26,204 bases of DNA from positions 1 through 26,204 of IMG/VR virus record IMGVR_UViG_3300043932_000200. One strand, 5' to 3'. A program made the position numbers and the translations under genes. The stretch is from a virus. Lineage: Duplodnaviria; Caudoviricetes. Positions 1-9,700 of the stretch are shown here, piece after piece (position 1 is the first letter of the stretch; every line of letters begins with the position of its first letter). The notes below the pieces were generated by a model. That model saw only the letters and a program-made list of their open reading frames with translations. It was not told the origin of the DNA and ran no database searches.

Positions 1-336
1 AATCTGTGCGCCAGCTTGCGGATTAACATAAGCCGACCCCGGATTACTGCCCTGCGTCAGTTTAACAATGGTGCCTTTAACACCCTGAGATTTTTGCCAC
101 TCAAAATAGCCCTTATCACTGCGCTGATAAGACGCCTCATCCGTGACTAGACTAGCCCCGTTGACCTTCTCACCGTTCACAGTGATACTGATCAACTTAG
201 CCGGCTGTTTTAGCACGGTAGCTGTCGCTTGCTTAACTACTTGTGAGTTCTGTGTCGCCAAAGCTACTGGTGCCAACAAAAAAACAGCCGCGGCGGCGAC
301 TGTTAAACGGGTTGCTAATTTAGTTTTATTTTGCAC
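1..336 (-). CDS. Endolysin, GH25 muramidase with N-terminal signal peptide (3' end outside window)
   Basis: Not in the ORF track. Translated by hand from GTG 336 (AGGAG at 346-350): MQNKTKLATRLTVAAAAVFLLAPVALA...TDEASYQ...GVKGTIVKLTQG...YVNPQAGAQI. This matches the GH25 N-terminal D-x-S-x-YQ / K-x-T-x-G / Y-x-NP pattern, and the gene directly follows the holin. Confidence 0.85.
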   Translation of the reverse strand, partial: MQNKTKLATRLTVAAAAVFLLAPVALATQNSQVVKQATATVLKQPAKLISITVNGEKVNGASLVTDEASYQRSDKGYFEWQKSQGVKGTIVKLTQGSNPGSAYVNPQAGAQI

Positions 337-547
337 TCTGATCATCTCCTGGTTTATTAGTATCAGTCAAAATTCCAGCTGCAGCTAACAATGACAATAC
401 GGCGGTAACCGTACTGTAGAGTGTTGTAGCATCTGTCGGCTTAATTACAACACCAAGTGCTGCCAAAACAGATACACCAGCCCCGATCACAGCAGACCCA
501 AGCGTCGCCCAAGCTTTGGCTGATTTAACGTTAAAATTAATTTTCAT
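326..547 (-). CDS. Holin (two transmembrane helices)
   Basis: Two hydrophobic segments and a charged C-terminus; overlaps the lysin start. Start moved from 577 to ATG 547 (MKINF) because GGAG lies just upstream. Confidence 0.8.
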   Translation of the reverse strand: MKINFNVKSAKAWATLGSAVIGAGVSVLAALGVVIKPTDATTLYSTVTAVLSLLAAAGILTDTNKPGDDQSAK

Positions 548-830
548 GATCTTTTTCTCCAATCTGTGGTAAACCATGCATCTTAAGTAAAGTATTTAAC
601 TCAACTGTTTCTTTTGCTGTTAACACATCTAAACGACCTAGCCATTTACGCAATTCTTGATGTTCACGCGTTGAACTTTCATTTAACTTAATAAGCTGAT
701 CATTCATATTATCAAGCCGCTGGATAATGGGTCTAAAAATCATCTGATAAACAATACCTAAGATAGTGATAATCGCTAACCATTCTGCCCAGGTATATCC
801 TAAAAATAAATGTGGTCCCAACCGCATCAC
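537..830 (-). CDS. Lysis-cassette membrane protein (single TM plus coiled coil; holin-accessory-like)
   Basis: N-terminal TM helix (WLAIITILGIVYQMIF) followed by a coiled-coil-like region; immediately upstream of the holin. Confidence 0.6.
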   Translation of the reverse strand: MMRLGPHLFLGYTWAEWLAIITILGIVYQMIFRPIIQRLDNMNDQLIKLNESSTREHQELRKWLGRLDVLTAKETVELNTLLKMHGLPQIGEKDHEN

Positions 831-848
831 CTTCTCTCAAATTTGGAC

Positions 849-876
849 AAATAAAAGCGCCTAAGCTGTAGGCGTT
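849..876 (-). terminator. Probable intrinsic terminator/attenuator between tail and lysis genes
   Basis: Minus strand AACGCCTA-CAGCT-TAGGCGCT followed by TTTATTT, overlapping the stop of the XkdX-like gene. Confidence 0.55.
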
Positions 877-1058
877 ACGTTAGCTGTGTCAGTCGGTGTC
901 GTAGAAGCCGCCACCGGCGCTTGATAATCGGAACCAGTAATTTTTTTGTATTGGTCAGCTGTGATTGCCTTGATCTGCACATAATATTTATAATAATCTA
1001 AATTATGATTGCCCCAGTCGTTCCAAAAAATTTTTAACGTATCCATTAGTGTTAGCAT
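861..1058 (-). CDS. XkdX-family small phage protein
   Basis: YVQIKAITADQYKKITGSDY matches the XkdX V..g.IT.eqY..ITG..Y pattern; typical position between tail fibre and holin. Confidence 0.8.
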   Translation of the reverse strand: MLTLMDTLKIFWNDWGNHNLDYYKYYVQIKAITADQYKKITGSDYQAPVAASTTPTDTANVTPTA

Positions 1059-1072
1059 TTTATAAATCCCCC

Positions 1073-1537
1073 TTAATCATTGGTTGTATTTGTATCCGTG
1101 GTCGTTTTGACACCATCCGCCTGTGGTTTAGTCTGCTGCATGACAATCTGCTGTAACTGCTTAATTTGTACGCCATCACTAGTCACAGTTGCCTCTAATT
1201 GACTAATCGTCTGTGCTTGAGCAGTGATCAGCTGCTGCATAGTGGCAATCTGCGTAGTCTGTTGAACAATTAATTGTTGCTCGGTCGTCATATTTGAGCT
1301 AGCATTTTCGATCCATTTTTGACTGGCGCTGTCCCAGGTCGGATTGGTCAGACCAATTTCTACGCCAGCAACAATAGCGCCATTTTCGTCAGTATATGGC
1401 TTTGTTGGCGGCGTTTTCGTCGAATTTGTCGGCTGATCGACGGAAAAAATGGATCCTGTGTAATTGCCAGAATCGTCGAATGTGTAAAACATATTTTTAC
1501 CTGTATTTGGATCAATTGGTACCTCATTATCTGTCAT
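1073..1537 (-). CDS. Tail fibre-associated / chaperone-like protein with Gln-rich coiled-coil C-terminus
   Basis: FYTFDDSGNYTG...PTWD...KWIE followed by Q-rich heptads; usual partner upstream of XkdX. Confidence 0.55.
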   Translation of the reverse strand: MTDNEVPIDPNTGKNMFYTFDDSGNYTGSIFSVDQPTNSTKTPPTKPYTDENGAIVAGVEIGLTNPTWDSASQKWIENASSNMTTEQQLIVQQTTQIATMQQLITAQAQTISQLEATVTSDGVQIKQLQQIVMQQTKPQADGVKTTTDTNTTND

Positions 1538-1551
1538 TTTTAATCCCCCTT

Positions 1552-2307
1552 TTATTTCAGCGTGACGTTTGAAACTTCGTTATAAGTAAACAGCATTTCA
1601 GCAAATGTGCGCGTGATTGTTTTATCGGACAAATTAACAATGGTCAGGGTCCCAGTTTCGTCAAAAATAACACCAGCAGATTCCCAGACGTTATCGGCAG
1701 TTTGAGCCATGCCATTAACATATATTTTCCGATCAGGCCGTAGACTGCCTGGGAAACCAGTGATGATTCGGGCATAATTATGCGGTCCTAATCGTACATT
1801 TGCATTGATAGTAGCCGAAAATAGGGTTGTTGTGTCCAAGTGATAGATAGAGTAATTAGTTTGTGAGGACGACCAATCACCGCCAAAATTGGCTTTTTTT
1901 TCATATCGCAGCCAATGCCATTTTCCCTGATTCCAGCCTTGTTTATAGGCAATAAAGGATTTTTCAGTTGTTAGATTATAAAGCGTGATTTTCCCATATG
2001 ACTTATTCTCATCATCGCCTTGCCGCGAAACTTCAATATAATTCACTCCGACTGTCGCTTCGTCCGGAACATTCTTGACGGACCCCGTATTCATATAATA
2101 GCCTGGATCTAGCGCGAATATATCAGTCCCGTCTGAAATATATGTCGGGACAAGTCGAGCTGATCTAGCTGTTTTTATATCTATAAATCCATTCTCAGGT
2201 CCTGAGTAATCCCAGACAACAGTGTTATGTGCGGCTGGATTGCCGATATGCGTGTCAACTTTCATTTTTAATTTTTGAAACGCTTGTTCTAAATCACTCA
2301 AACTCAT
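1552..2307 (-). CDS. Putative receptor-binding / tail fibre protein
   Basis: DIFALDPGYY...NVP...YIEV...W..W resembles a knob-like fibre domain; C-terminal beta-rich GFPGSLRP...GTLTI resembles RBP heads; lies downstream of the baseplate gene. Confidence 0.6.
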   Translation of the reverse strand: MSLSDLEQAFQKLKMKVDTHIGNPAAHNTVVWDYSGPENGFIDIKTARSARLVPTYISDGTDIFALDPGYYMNTGSVKNVPDEATVGVNYIEVSRQGDDENKSYGKITLYNLTTEKSFIAYKQGWNQGKWHWLRYEKKANFGGDWSSSQTNYSIYHLDTTTLFSATINANVRLGPHNYARIITGFPGSLRPDRKIYVNGMAQTADNVWESAGVIFDETGTLTIVNLSDKTITRTFAEMLFTYNEVSNVTLK

Positions 2308-2320
2308 TTAAGCCGCCTCC

Positions 2321-4177
2321 TTAATAATTAAAAATCCGATCTTGACCCCGGCCGAAGCGGTAGCAATGAATCGTTTTGGCCTGAGTATCAATGGACATCG
2401 TTTCCCAGCAGTCTTCATTGACCGTGTCATCGAATTCATTTTGCTGGCTATGATAATGCAGTGAGCAATCGGTACAAATGACTGGTGTGCCATTCAAAAC
2501 ATTCGTGTCTTGTTTATCCGCGTGCAAATGGCCGTTAACGACTGCAATCACAGTGCCCTTGCCCTGAGCTGCATAATCAGCCGTTAAGCCACTAATAGCG
2601 AAATCCGTTTCACTGGCATCATTGATATTAATTTGCGTCCCATTTTTAAAGGCACTGATGATTTCGATGGCGTGTTTATAGTTTTTAAAAACGCTATCGT
2701 CGGCCCACTGATCAAAAGCACTGGAAAATGGGCAATGGAAGAATAGTATCACTTGCCAAGCATTATCTGGTAGCTTGAGTGCTGTGTTTGCAAGCCAATT
2801 TAATTGATCGGCTCTAAAGGCCGCCGTGTTTGTGTCATACTTATAGTTACCGTTGGCCTGTTTTAAATCCCAAGGCAAATCATATGAATCAAGTCCAATA
2901 AGGCGTACTTTTTTATCAGCAAAATCGCGATAAAAATAGAGCGAATCGCCGTCACGGACTTCGCCGTTGTTATTAAATTTAGTGCCATAAATATTCTTTA
3001 AATCTGTCTCAGTCAGATATTCATCGACCAATTTGCCATCAATGTTTTGTCGGCCAGCACCATTATCATGATTTCCGCGAACCAATAGCATGGGCGTGTT
3101 AATGGCCTTTGTCGCCATCATAGCGACAACGTGATTAGTCGTATTAAGCAATTGCGGTCGTTTCTCGTCGCCATTAACATTATCGCCGTTAGCGATAAAA
3201 GCGTCAGGCTTAACATAAAGTGTTGACAGTGCAGCCCATTGATAGTGCTCTAATGATTTACGCGCGTAACCGCCAAACAGTCCACCGTCCTCCTGCCAAT
3301 GAGCGTCTGTAATCGACGTGATATTTACGATGTTATTACCTTTGGGCACATCATTAGTCACATGGTCAAAGCTAGCTTGGAAATAATCTGGTAATGCCTC
3401 ACCGTAGCCTGATGCTGTGTCATAAGCATAATTAGATAGCGCTTTTGATCCAGTTCCGCTAAAGTCATCCTGCATTTTTTGCACAGCACCAGTGACTGAT
3501 TTTTTAAAATCAGCTGCTTCACCTTGTGTAAATAATCCATTGGATTTGATTTGGGCTTCCAGCGTTGTTAAACCAGCTTGCACTTGCATCAGCGCATCAG
3601 CGGTGTCCTTGCCGGTCTTGCTCAAACTGTCAAATAAGTCCTGCAACTTAGCCGCCCAGGCTTTTTTAATGGCATCAATATCACCGGCTGCATTATTAAA
3701 TACCGTTTCGGCCTTATCCATGATGTCTTCAATCGGCGTCACATAATCGGCTGGAATCAGTCCACTGATCACCTTATCTGCCAATACTTCCATCGAAAAC
3801 TCGAGTGTCGCAATGTTATTACCTGCGCGATACAACCGGAAAAAGATTTGCTTGTACGATCCAGACACAGCAAACACGGGTGCCGGAAAATCAAAACGGA
3901 ATTGGCCATTTACTGGGTCGATCATGACCCCGTGTTTAGCGTCAATGATGCGGTGGACGCCATCTGGCATGAAGCCTTCCAGTACTGGGTTGGCCCCCGT
4001 CAAATCAAATGGCGTACCGTCACCGTGCTGCACATTCACCTGCACCTGGCGCATCTGATTTTCGTATTGTCGCGCCTGCACCCAACTCGGCGAATTCTTA
4101 AAATCAATATCAAAGTTCTGGACATCATTGGTTAGGTTACGCCGGTCCTTATCCACATTAAATGTTAAAATTTCCAT
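2321..4177 (-). CDS. Baseplate upper protein (BppU-like N-terminus) fused to a calcineurin-like metallophosphoesterase
   Basis: N-terminal ARQYENQMRQV...PFDLTG...GQFRFDFP is BppU-like, followed by a helical linker and the full metallophosphoesterase motif set: DAH (~3299-3307), GDNVNG, GNHD (~3065-3076), FHCP, GHLH (~2522-2533). Confidence 0.85.
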   Translation of the reverse strand: MEILTFNVDKDRRNLTNDVQNFDIDFKNSPSWVQARQYENQMRQVQVNVQHGDGTPFDLTGANPVLEGFMPDGVHRIIDAKHGVMIDPVNGQFRFDFPAPVFAVSGSYKQIFFRLYRAGNNIATLEFSMEVLADKVISGLIPADYVTPIEDIMDKAETVFNNAAGDIDAIKKAWAAKLQDLFDSLSKTGKDTADALMQVQAGLTTLEAQIKSNGLFTQGEAADFKKSVTGAVQKMQDDFSGTGSKALSNYAYDTASGYGEALPDYFQASFDHVTNDVPKGNNIVNITSITDAHWQEDGGLFGGYARKSLEHYQWAALSTLYVKPDAFIANGDNVNGDEKRPQLLNTTNHVVAMMATKAINTPMLLVRGNHDNGAGRQNIDGKLVDEYLTETDLKNIYGTKFNNNGEVRDGDSLYFYRDFADKKVRLIGLDSYDLPWDLKQANGNYKYDTNTAAFRADQLNWLANTALKLPDNAWQVILFFHCPFSSAFDQWADDSVFKNYKHAIEIISAFKNGTQININDASETDFAISGLTADYAAQGKGTVIAVVNGHLHADKQDTNVLNGTPVICTDCSLHYHSQQNEFDDTVNEDCWETMSIDTQAKTIHCYRFGRGQDRIFNY

Positions 4178-4479
4178 TAATCGATCACCCCTTTATCTTT
4201 TAAAATCTGTGTTACCACTTGTTCGATCATTTCGTTGTCCGTGCCTAAAACGATACGGTTGATGCGGGTAGACAAGTTCTTAATATCAGCACTAGTTGCC
4301 AATCCATTAATTGCCGCTACATTAGGCAGTTTGTCCATTTTTTTTAGAATAATTGCTTGATTCACAGAAATTTCATTTAATGAATCTTGAATCTGTGTGA
4401 AGTTATCAATAAGCTGAGAACGAAACTCCCTATCTAAAGGAATTGCTAAGTTTCCAGTGTAAAGCTTAACTGTCATCAT
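4177..4479 (-). CDS. Hypothetical tail/baseplate protein (helical)
   Basis: Operon position with stop/start overlap at 4177. Start moved from 4521 to ATG 4479 (or 4476) after AAAGG. Confidence 0.6.
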   Translation of the reverse strand: MMTVKLYTGNLAIPLDREFRSQLIDNFTQIQDSLNEISVNQAIILKKMDKLPNVAAINGLATSADIKNLSTRINRIVLGTDNEMIEQVVTQILKDKGVID

Positions 4480-4711
4480 TATCATCGCCTTTCGTAATAA
4501 TCTGCTGGCCCTCTGAATCAAAACTAATTATCATCCGCGTACCATCAGAAGTTTCAACATTTATTTGTTTAACCGCTGATTTATCGTCAGTCAAAACGAT
4601 TGCAGTCGGTTTATTCTCAACGACTTCCCACGTAATCGGAAACTTTTTAATGAGTTTTGCCACACTGCTACCAATATTCTTGATCCACTCATCTATATTC
4701 CAATCATTCAT
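4466..4711 (-). CDS. Hypothetical tail-module protein
   Basis: ATGA overlap with the Tal stop and GGAGG upstream. Confidence 0.6.
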   Translation of the reverse strand: MNDWNIDEWIKNIGSSVAKLIKKFPITWEVVENKPTAIVLTDDKSAVKQINVETSDGTRMIISFDSEGQQIITKGDDNDDS

Positions 4712-5868
4712 TCTGCGCCTCCAACAAAATTGCTGATTTCATCTTGTGCTGCCTGGTTTGTAACTGTCGTATTATTAACTAGGCTGGTGACCTTTTCATT
4801 TACAGTTGCCGTGTAGCGACTTAACGCTGAATTAACACTTTTTTGCAGCTGAGTTTTAGCATTACGCTGATACTGCAAAATGGTCTGTGCCGAATTGTTT
4901 AAGGTCAGCGTTGTCGCCTGTGTCGGGTCCAACGGATAATACTGGTACGCCACAACTTCAACGCTGGTAATATACCCAATCGGTCGAATTTCTAACTGGC
5001 GAATCTCACAAATTTGTGGTGCTTCGTTAGTATCATCCGTCGCCGTGATCGACATTGTCGGTTCAGATGCCATTTGCGATAAGGCGTAATTTTTCATTGA
5101 CGTTGCATCAGTAAAACGTTCATCACTGATATCATCCCCCGGGTGCACACCCCATTTAGCAATAGATGCTGAATTTTCAACAATAAACGGTGTGAAATAG
5201 TACTGGGTCACATCTGATTCGGAGTTGTCCTTAGTTTTGCCGTAACACATAACCTGGTTAACGATCGCCGTAGAGTCAAAACTAATTTGAATTTCCTTAG
5301 TGTTATGCAAATAAGCGATTCGTTTACCTAAATTTTTTGCCAGCGCATCATGCGAATAAATTCGTAAATTTTTGTTATCCGGCCAGAAAATTGCATCCGA
5401 CCACGTTGAAATAATAGTTGATATCGCATCAGTTCCAGAACAATTCCCTAAATCAGTAATTTGCTGATTGCCAAAATTACCAATTACTTGCCAGACAAAA
5501 CCAAGCTTGTTACCGGAAAAAATAAAATTCAGCACATCATTAACCGAATAGGTTAGTTCACCTGCTTTTACCGATCGTTGCCGCACGCGCCCAGCCTCAT
5601 AGCCAACGTGTGTGGCGTTTAACTGAATCACGTTAACGCCGGCTGTGTAATCCGGCACCGGCTGCTTAACGATAAATTCTTGACCTTGCCAGAACACGCT
5701 GGCTTCTGGCTGCAGCATGTTAAAAGCTACCGAACCGTCATCATATGCTGAAAAACTAATGTTATACTGAGTATTTTTCTCAAAGTCGACTTCGAAAGTG
5801 TTAAACAATACGCTTTGCAGAGGCTCACGGTAGGTGCTACCTAGCCCTTGCACGATTAATTTATCCAA
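4708..5868 (-). CDS. Tal / baseplate hub (prophage tail endopeptidase-like family)
   Basis: Follows Dit; typical W.GQEF.VKQ...ATHV and SI.KWG..PG..ISDERF segments. Start proposed at TTG 5868, overlapping the Dit stop (track start 5925). Confidence 0.8.
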   Translation of the reverse strand: MDKLIVQGLGSTYREPLQSVLFNTFEVDFEKNTQYNISFSAYDDGSVAFNMLQPEASVFWQGQEFIVKQPVPDYTAGVNVIQLNATHVGYEAGRVRQRSVKAGELTYSVNDVLNFIFSGNKLGFVWQVIGNFGNQQITDLGNCSGTDAISTIISTWSDAIFWPDNKNLRIYSHDALAKNLGKRIAYLHNTKEIQISFDSTAIVNQVMCYGKTKDNSESDVTQYYFTPFIVENSASIAKWGVHPGDDISDERFTDATSMKNYALSQMASEPTMSITATDDTNEAPQICEIRQLEIRPIGYITSVEVVAYQYYPLDPTQATTLTLNNSAQTILQYQRNAKTQLQKSVNSALSRYTATVNEKVTSLVNNTTVTNQAAQDEISNFVGGAE

Positions 5869-6703
5869 GGTAGATAAACGGAAAACTAAACGTGATATCG
5901 CTAGCAGTCGCACCTGTAACTGCAATTGAATTGTTGCCCTTCGCTAAAACTAAATTGCCAAAATCGGTGTTAGCACTGGCCGGCTTGCCATCTAAGGTTG
6001 TATTGATTCCGTCTAGGATAATTGTATGACTACCATCTGAAGCCACGTTATATTGCCACTTGCTGCCATTGGTCGAGTTTTCTAAACATAATTTATCGCC
6101 GGCAAATTTAATGATTAACTTCAAATCATGTCGTTGATAGTATGGATCGATATCAATATCCGACGGGTTATAAACTGTCATGTTGGACTGGTTCACAAAA
6201 TGATATTGTGGTGCTACATCAGTCTGTAAATGCATTCCGAACTGCCATTCATTATCAAGTTGCACATCATCTAGCGCATCACTGCGTAACAATGAATATT
6301 TATAGCCACTTGGGTTCTCAAACGGAATCGTAAACGTTGCATTAACCGTACCTACGATCGGCGCCACTTCAAAGTTAGCGGCTCTCACATATTTAACGAT
6401 TGCCGGCTCACTGTCTGTCCGGAAACGCATTAATTGCTTATTAAAAAAAAGCCTGAAAATTTGGGCTTTAGCAAGTTTGTAATCTATATAATTACTGTAA
6501 GTTAACATAAAATTAGCATTAACTATTGATTGACCATAAATTGACGACTGGAATACTCCACCATCACGACCAGAATCGTTCTGGTAAGTATTTGCTATGG
6601 TGGGATTTTCGTCATCCCCCATAAAATCAAGTCCTTTAATCACATCGGAAACGTCAACTTCATCTGCGTCACCAACCTTTATTTTCAACCATGGCATTGC
6701 CAT
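5861..6703 (-). CDS. Distal tail protein (Dit)
   Basis: Immediately after TMP; F.IPF.NP.GY.YS and C-terminal L..G.N.I...G....ITF.FPFIY pattern; GAGGTG RBS. Confidence 0.85.
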   Translation of the reverse strand: MAMPWLKIKVGDADEVDVSDVIKGLDFMGDDENPTIANTYQNDSGRDGGVFQSSIYGQSIVNANFMLTYSNYIDYKLAKAQIFRLFFNKQLMRFRTDSEPAIVKYVRAANFEVAPIVGTVNATFTIPFENPSGYKYSLLRSDALDDVQLDNEWQFGMHLQTDVAPQYHFVNQSNMTVYNPSDIDIDPYYQRHDLKLIIKFAGDKLCLENSTNGSKWQYNVASDGSHTIILDGINTTLDGKPASANTDFGNLVLAKGNNSIAVTGATASDITFSFPFIYLG

Positions 6704-6714
6704 CTAATCACCTC

Positions 6715-9700
6715 TTATAGTGCTTGAAAATCTGACAGAATTTGATCACTGCCCATAGCCGTATATAGTCCCTTTAATTTATCTGACTTTTGTAAGGCCT
6801 GTAATTGTTGACCAGATAAACCTAACAGCCGGGATAATAACGTGATTATTGTATCTAGACGTTGCTCCAATCCAGAAACATCGGTAGATGCAGTTTCAAA
6901 AGTACCATTATTACCGTCCTGTGGTTTAAATCGTGCCATCGTTGTTGACAGTAACTGATACGCACGTGATCGTTTGGAAACATCAAGTGGAATAATTGCT
7001 TCTTCTTTATTACCCTCAGCAATACGCGCAAATTGTTCTACGCCGACAATACCACCGTTAGCGTAACCGTGGCCTTGACCTAGATAAGATAAATCAGAAC
7101 CATAACGGGCTTTTGCATAATGTAAAGCGGCCAATAAATTATCATAACCGTTGGTAATGTTGCCATGGCCTGGAAAAGCATTAGCCCTAAAAGTACCCGG
7201 CTTGGTCTGCATTAAGCCAGTAGCATTACCATCAGCTAAACCATCATTACCACCTATAGCATTTGGATTACCACCAGATTCGGTGTTGATCTGTCTTAAA
7301 ACTTTATTAATCATTGCCTGACTAGTGCTTAAGCCATTAGCCTTTAATGCTTTTTCAACCTGACTAGCCCATCGTTGTACGCCAGATCCGCTTGGAGTGC
7401 CCTCACTACCACCAGCATCGTCACCCATAACGGGTGCTAAAAATTTAGCCACCCATTTGAATACACCAGATAAATTACTCCATAATGGGGTCAGCAGACC
7501 ATGCTTACCACCGGTTGTTTTTTTCTTACTGCCGCTGGTTGAACCAGTCATATTGAGCAAGTTTAACCAGCCGGCCGTAGAGGTGCCAGAAATACTAAAC
7601 GGATTGTGCTTAGACACACCGATATGGACATGAGTGCCGGCACTACCTAATCCAGCAATCTTACTACCAGTTTTGACATCATCCCCAGTACTAACATAAG
7701 TTGGCGCGCCAGAATTATTCTTACCGTTAAATTCTTGATAAATGACATAATAGCCATCATCACCTTTAGTTACGATGTTCTGACCAATCCCACTAGCGCC
7801 GCCCCAACCTGCTGGGGCACCACCAGAACGAATAACCTTGCCACCGTGAACCGCATGGATCGTCTTGGCACCTGAAAAATCGACACCATCATGCTGCGAA
7901 TACCCACCACTGACGGCACCGCGATTACCGAAACCAGAAGTAACGCTCCAACCAGAACCAGGCGAATGAGTCCAATTGCCACCCGCTGCACTACCTTCAG
8001 TCGCAGCGTCCTTGATCTGGGACCATAAATCCTTCCACCAGTCAGTAACCTGTGTCGTTGTTGACTTAAACATCCCTTTGGCTAAACCCTTAGGTACATC
8101 TCCAGCGACTGTTTTAACGCTAAAATTAGTTAGCGATTTAATGGAACTCATTGGATTGGTAATAATCTTTTGAGCGACTTTAACCAGATCAGCCGCCTTT
8201 TTAATGGTTCCCGTGATTCCGTCAACGATATTTTCAAACCCGCCGACAATACCACCACTAGCAAAGTGTGCTTTAAGAAATGGCGCTGTTTCACTGGCTT
8301 TAGTGACTACGGAACCAACCTGAACCATTTTACTAACATTACGGCCCTTTGGAATTTCAGAACGTCCGTCCGGATATGTGATCATTTCACGGTTATCAGT
8401 TTCTGGACTGTCAAAGCCATCGTTAACGATAATATTGCGATAAGCCTCACCGCCGACAACACCACCGCTAGCAAACTTAACATGATCAATTTTTCCAATC
8501 ACATTTTTATCGGCACCAAATTTTTTAAGCAAGGAGTCAATACCACTGATACCACCGTTAACAACATCAAGCATACCGTTAATACCGTTACCAGCATGCT
8601 TCTTAATTGAACTCCACATTTCAGAAAAAATATTTTTAATACCGCCAGTCATGGACTTCCAGCCACCGGTAAACTTACTGCTAAACTTACCAAACCAACC
8701 CATCATGTTACCGCCAAAATCACTACTCGAACGTAATGACTTGTTCCAGGCGTTACCTAGAGTGTTTTTAGCATCATTCCAATGGTTAGACCAATTTTTG
8801 CTGAACGATTTTTTAAACGCGTTAAATTTATTGCCAGTGTCATTGAAAAAGTTCTTGGTATTTCGGGTGTTAGAATCCCAGTTCCTTTTCATTGTGCTGG
8901 TGGCACTATTCCAGTGCTGCGACCAGGACTTTGAAAATGACTTTTTGAACGAGTTAAACGAGTCGGAAACTGTGCCCCACCATTTACCGAACTTAGATTT
9001 ATTAAACGCCTTACCAGCATCGTTGATCTGCTTATCAAATGCCTTGCGCAAGCCCATTTTTTGGACGTCTTTAGAAAAACCTTGCGCCCATTTAGTTACG
9101 TTTTTGCCGGTCTTAGTATCTTTAAGGAACCATGCAGACAGTCCCGCGAATGGACTAACAATTCCGGCCAGAATTTCTGTCTTATGTTTAGAGACAAATT
9201 TACCAGCGCCTTTACCCCATTTACTAATAGTATTACCGACAGATGATAACTTCTTACCGATTGCTTTTTCCCAACCAAAATCACCGGAGAAAAGCTTTTT
9301 TAAATTCTTGCCTAACCCATTCACAGCATCCCGAAACGGTTTAATGTGCTTATAGGCATAGATAAATCCGGCCGCTAAAGCCGTAATAGCTACAACGGCA
9401 ATACCAATTGGATTGGCTTTTAATACTAAGTTAAATGCCTTTTGAGCTAATGATAGTGTTCCCTCAGCTTCGGCCGCTGCACGATTTGCTTTGCTGAATT
9501 GTTTCAGCCATCCGGCGGCTTTTGATATCCCGATCAAGCCACTCACACCAATTTTTAACACGCCAGTTGCCTTTGATGCCACTAACATACTGGCAGCCAT
9601 CCTAGCAAATGCTTTTGGGTGCTTTTCAGCGGCATTACCAACTAACTTTATGACAGGTTCTAAATCTTTAAGTGTTTGAGTGAACACTTTAATACTGGTT

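Noticed and set aside
143-388. Plus-strand 81-aa ORF
   Set aside because: Antisense to the endolysin and holin, which have clear motifs and RBS.
8640-9060. Imperfect tandem repeats (FNSFKKSFSKSWSQHWN / FNAFKKSFSKNWSNHWN)
   Set aside because: Ordinary aromatic-periodic tape measure repeats; not CRISPR or a DGR template/variable pair.
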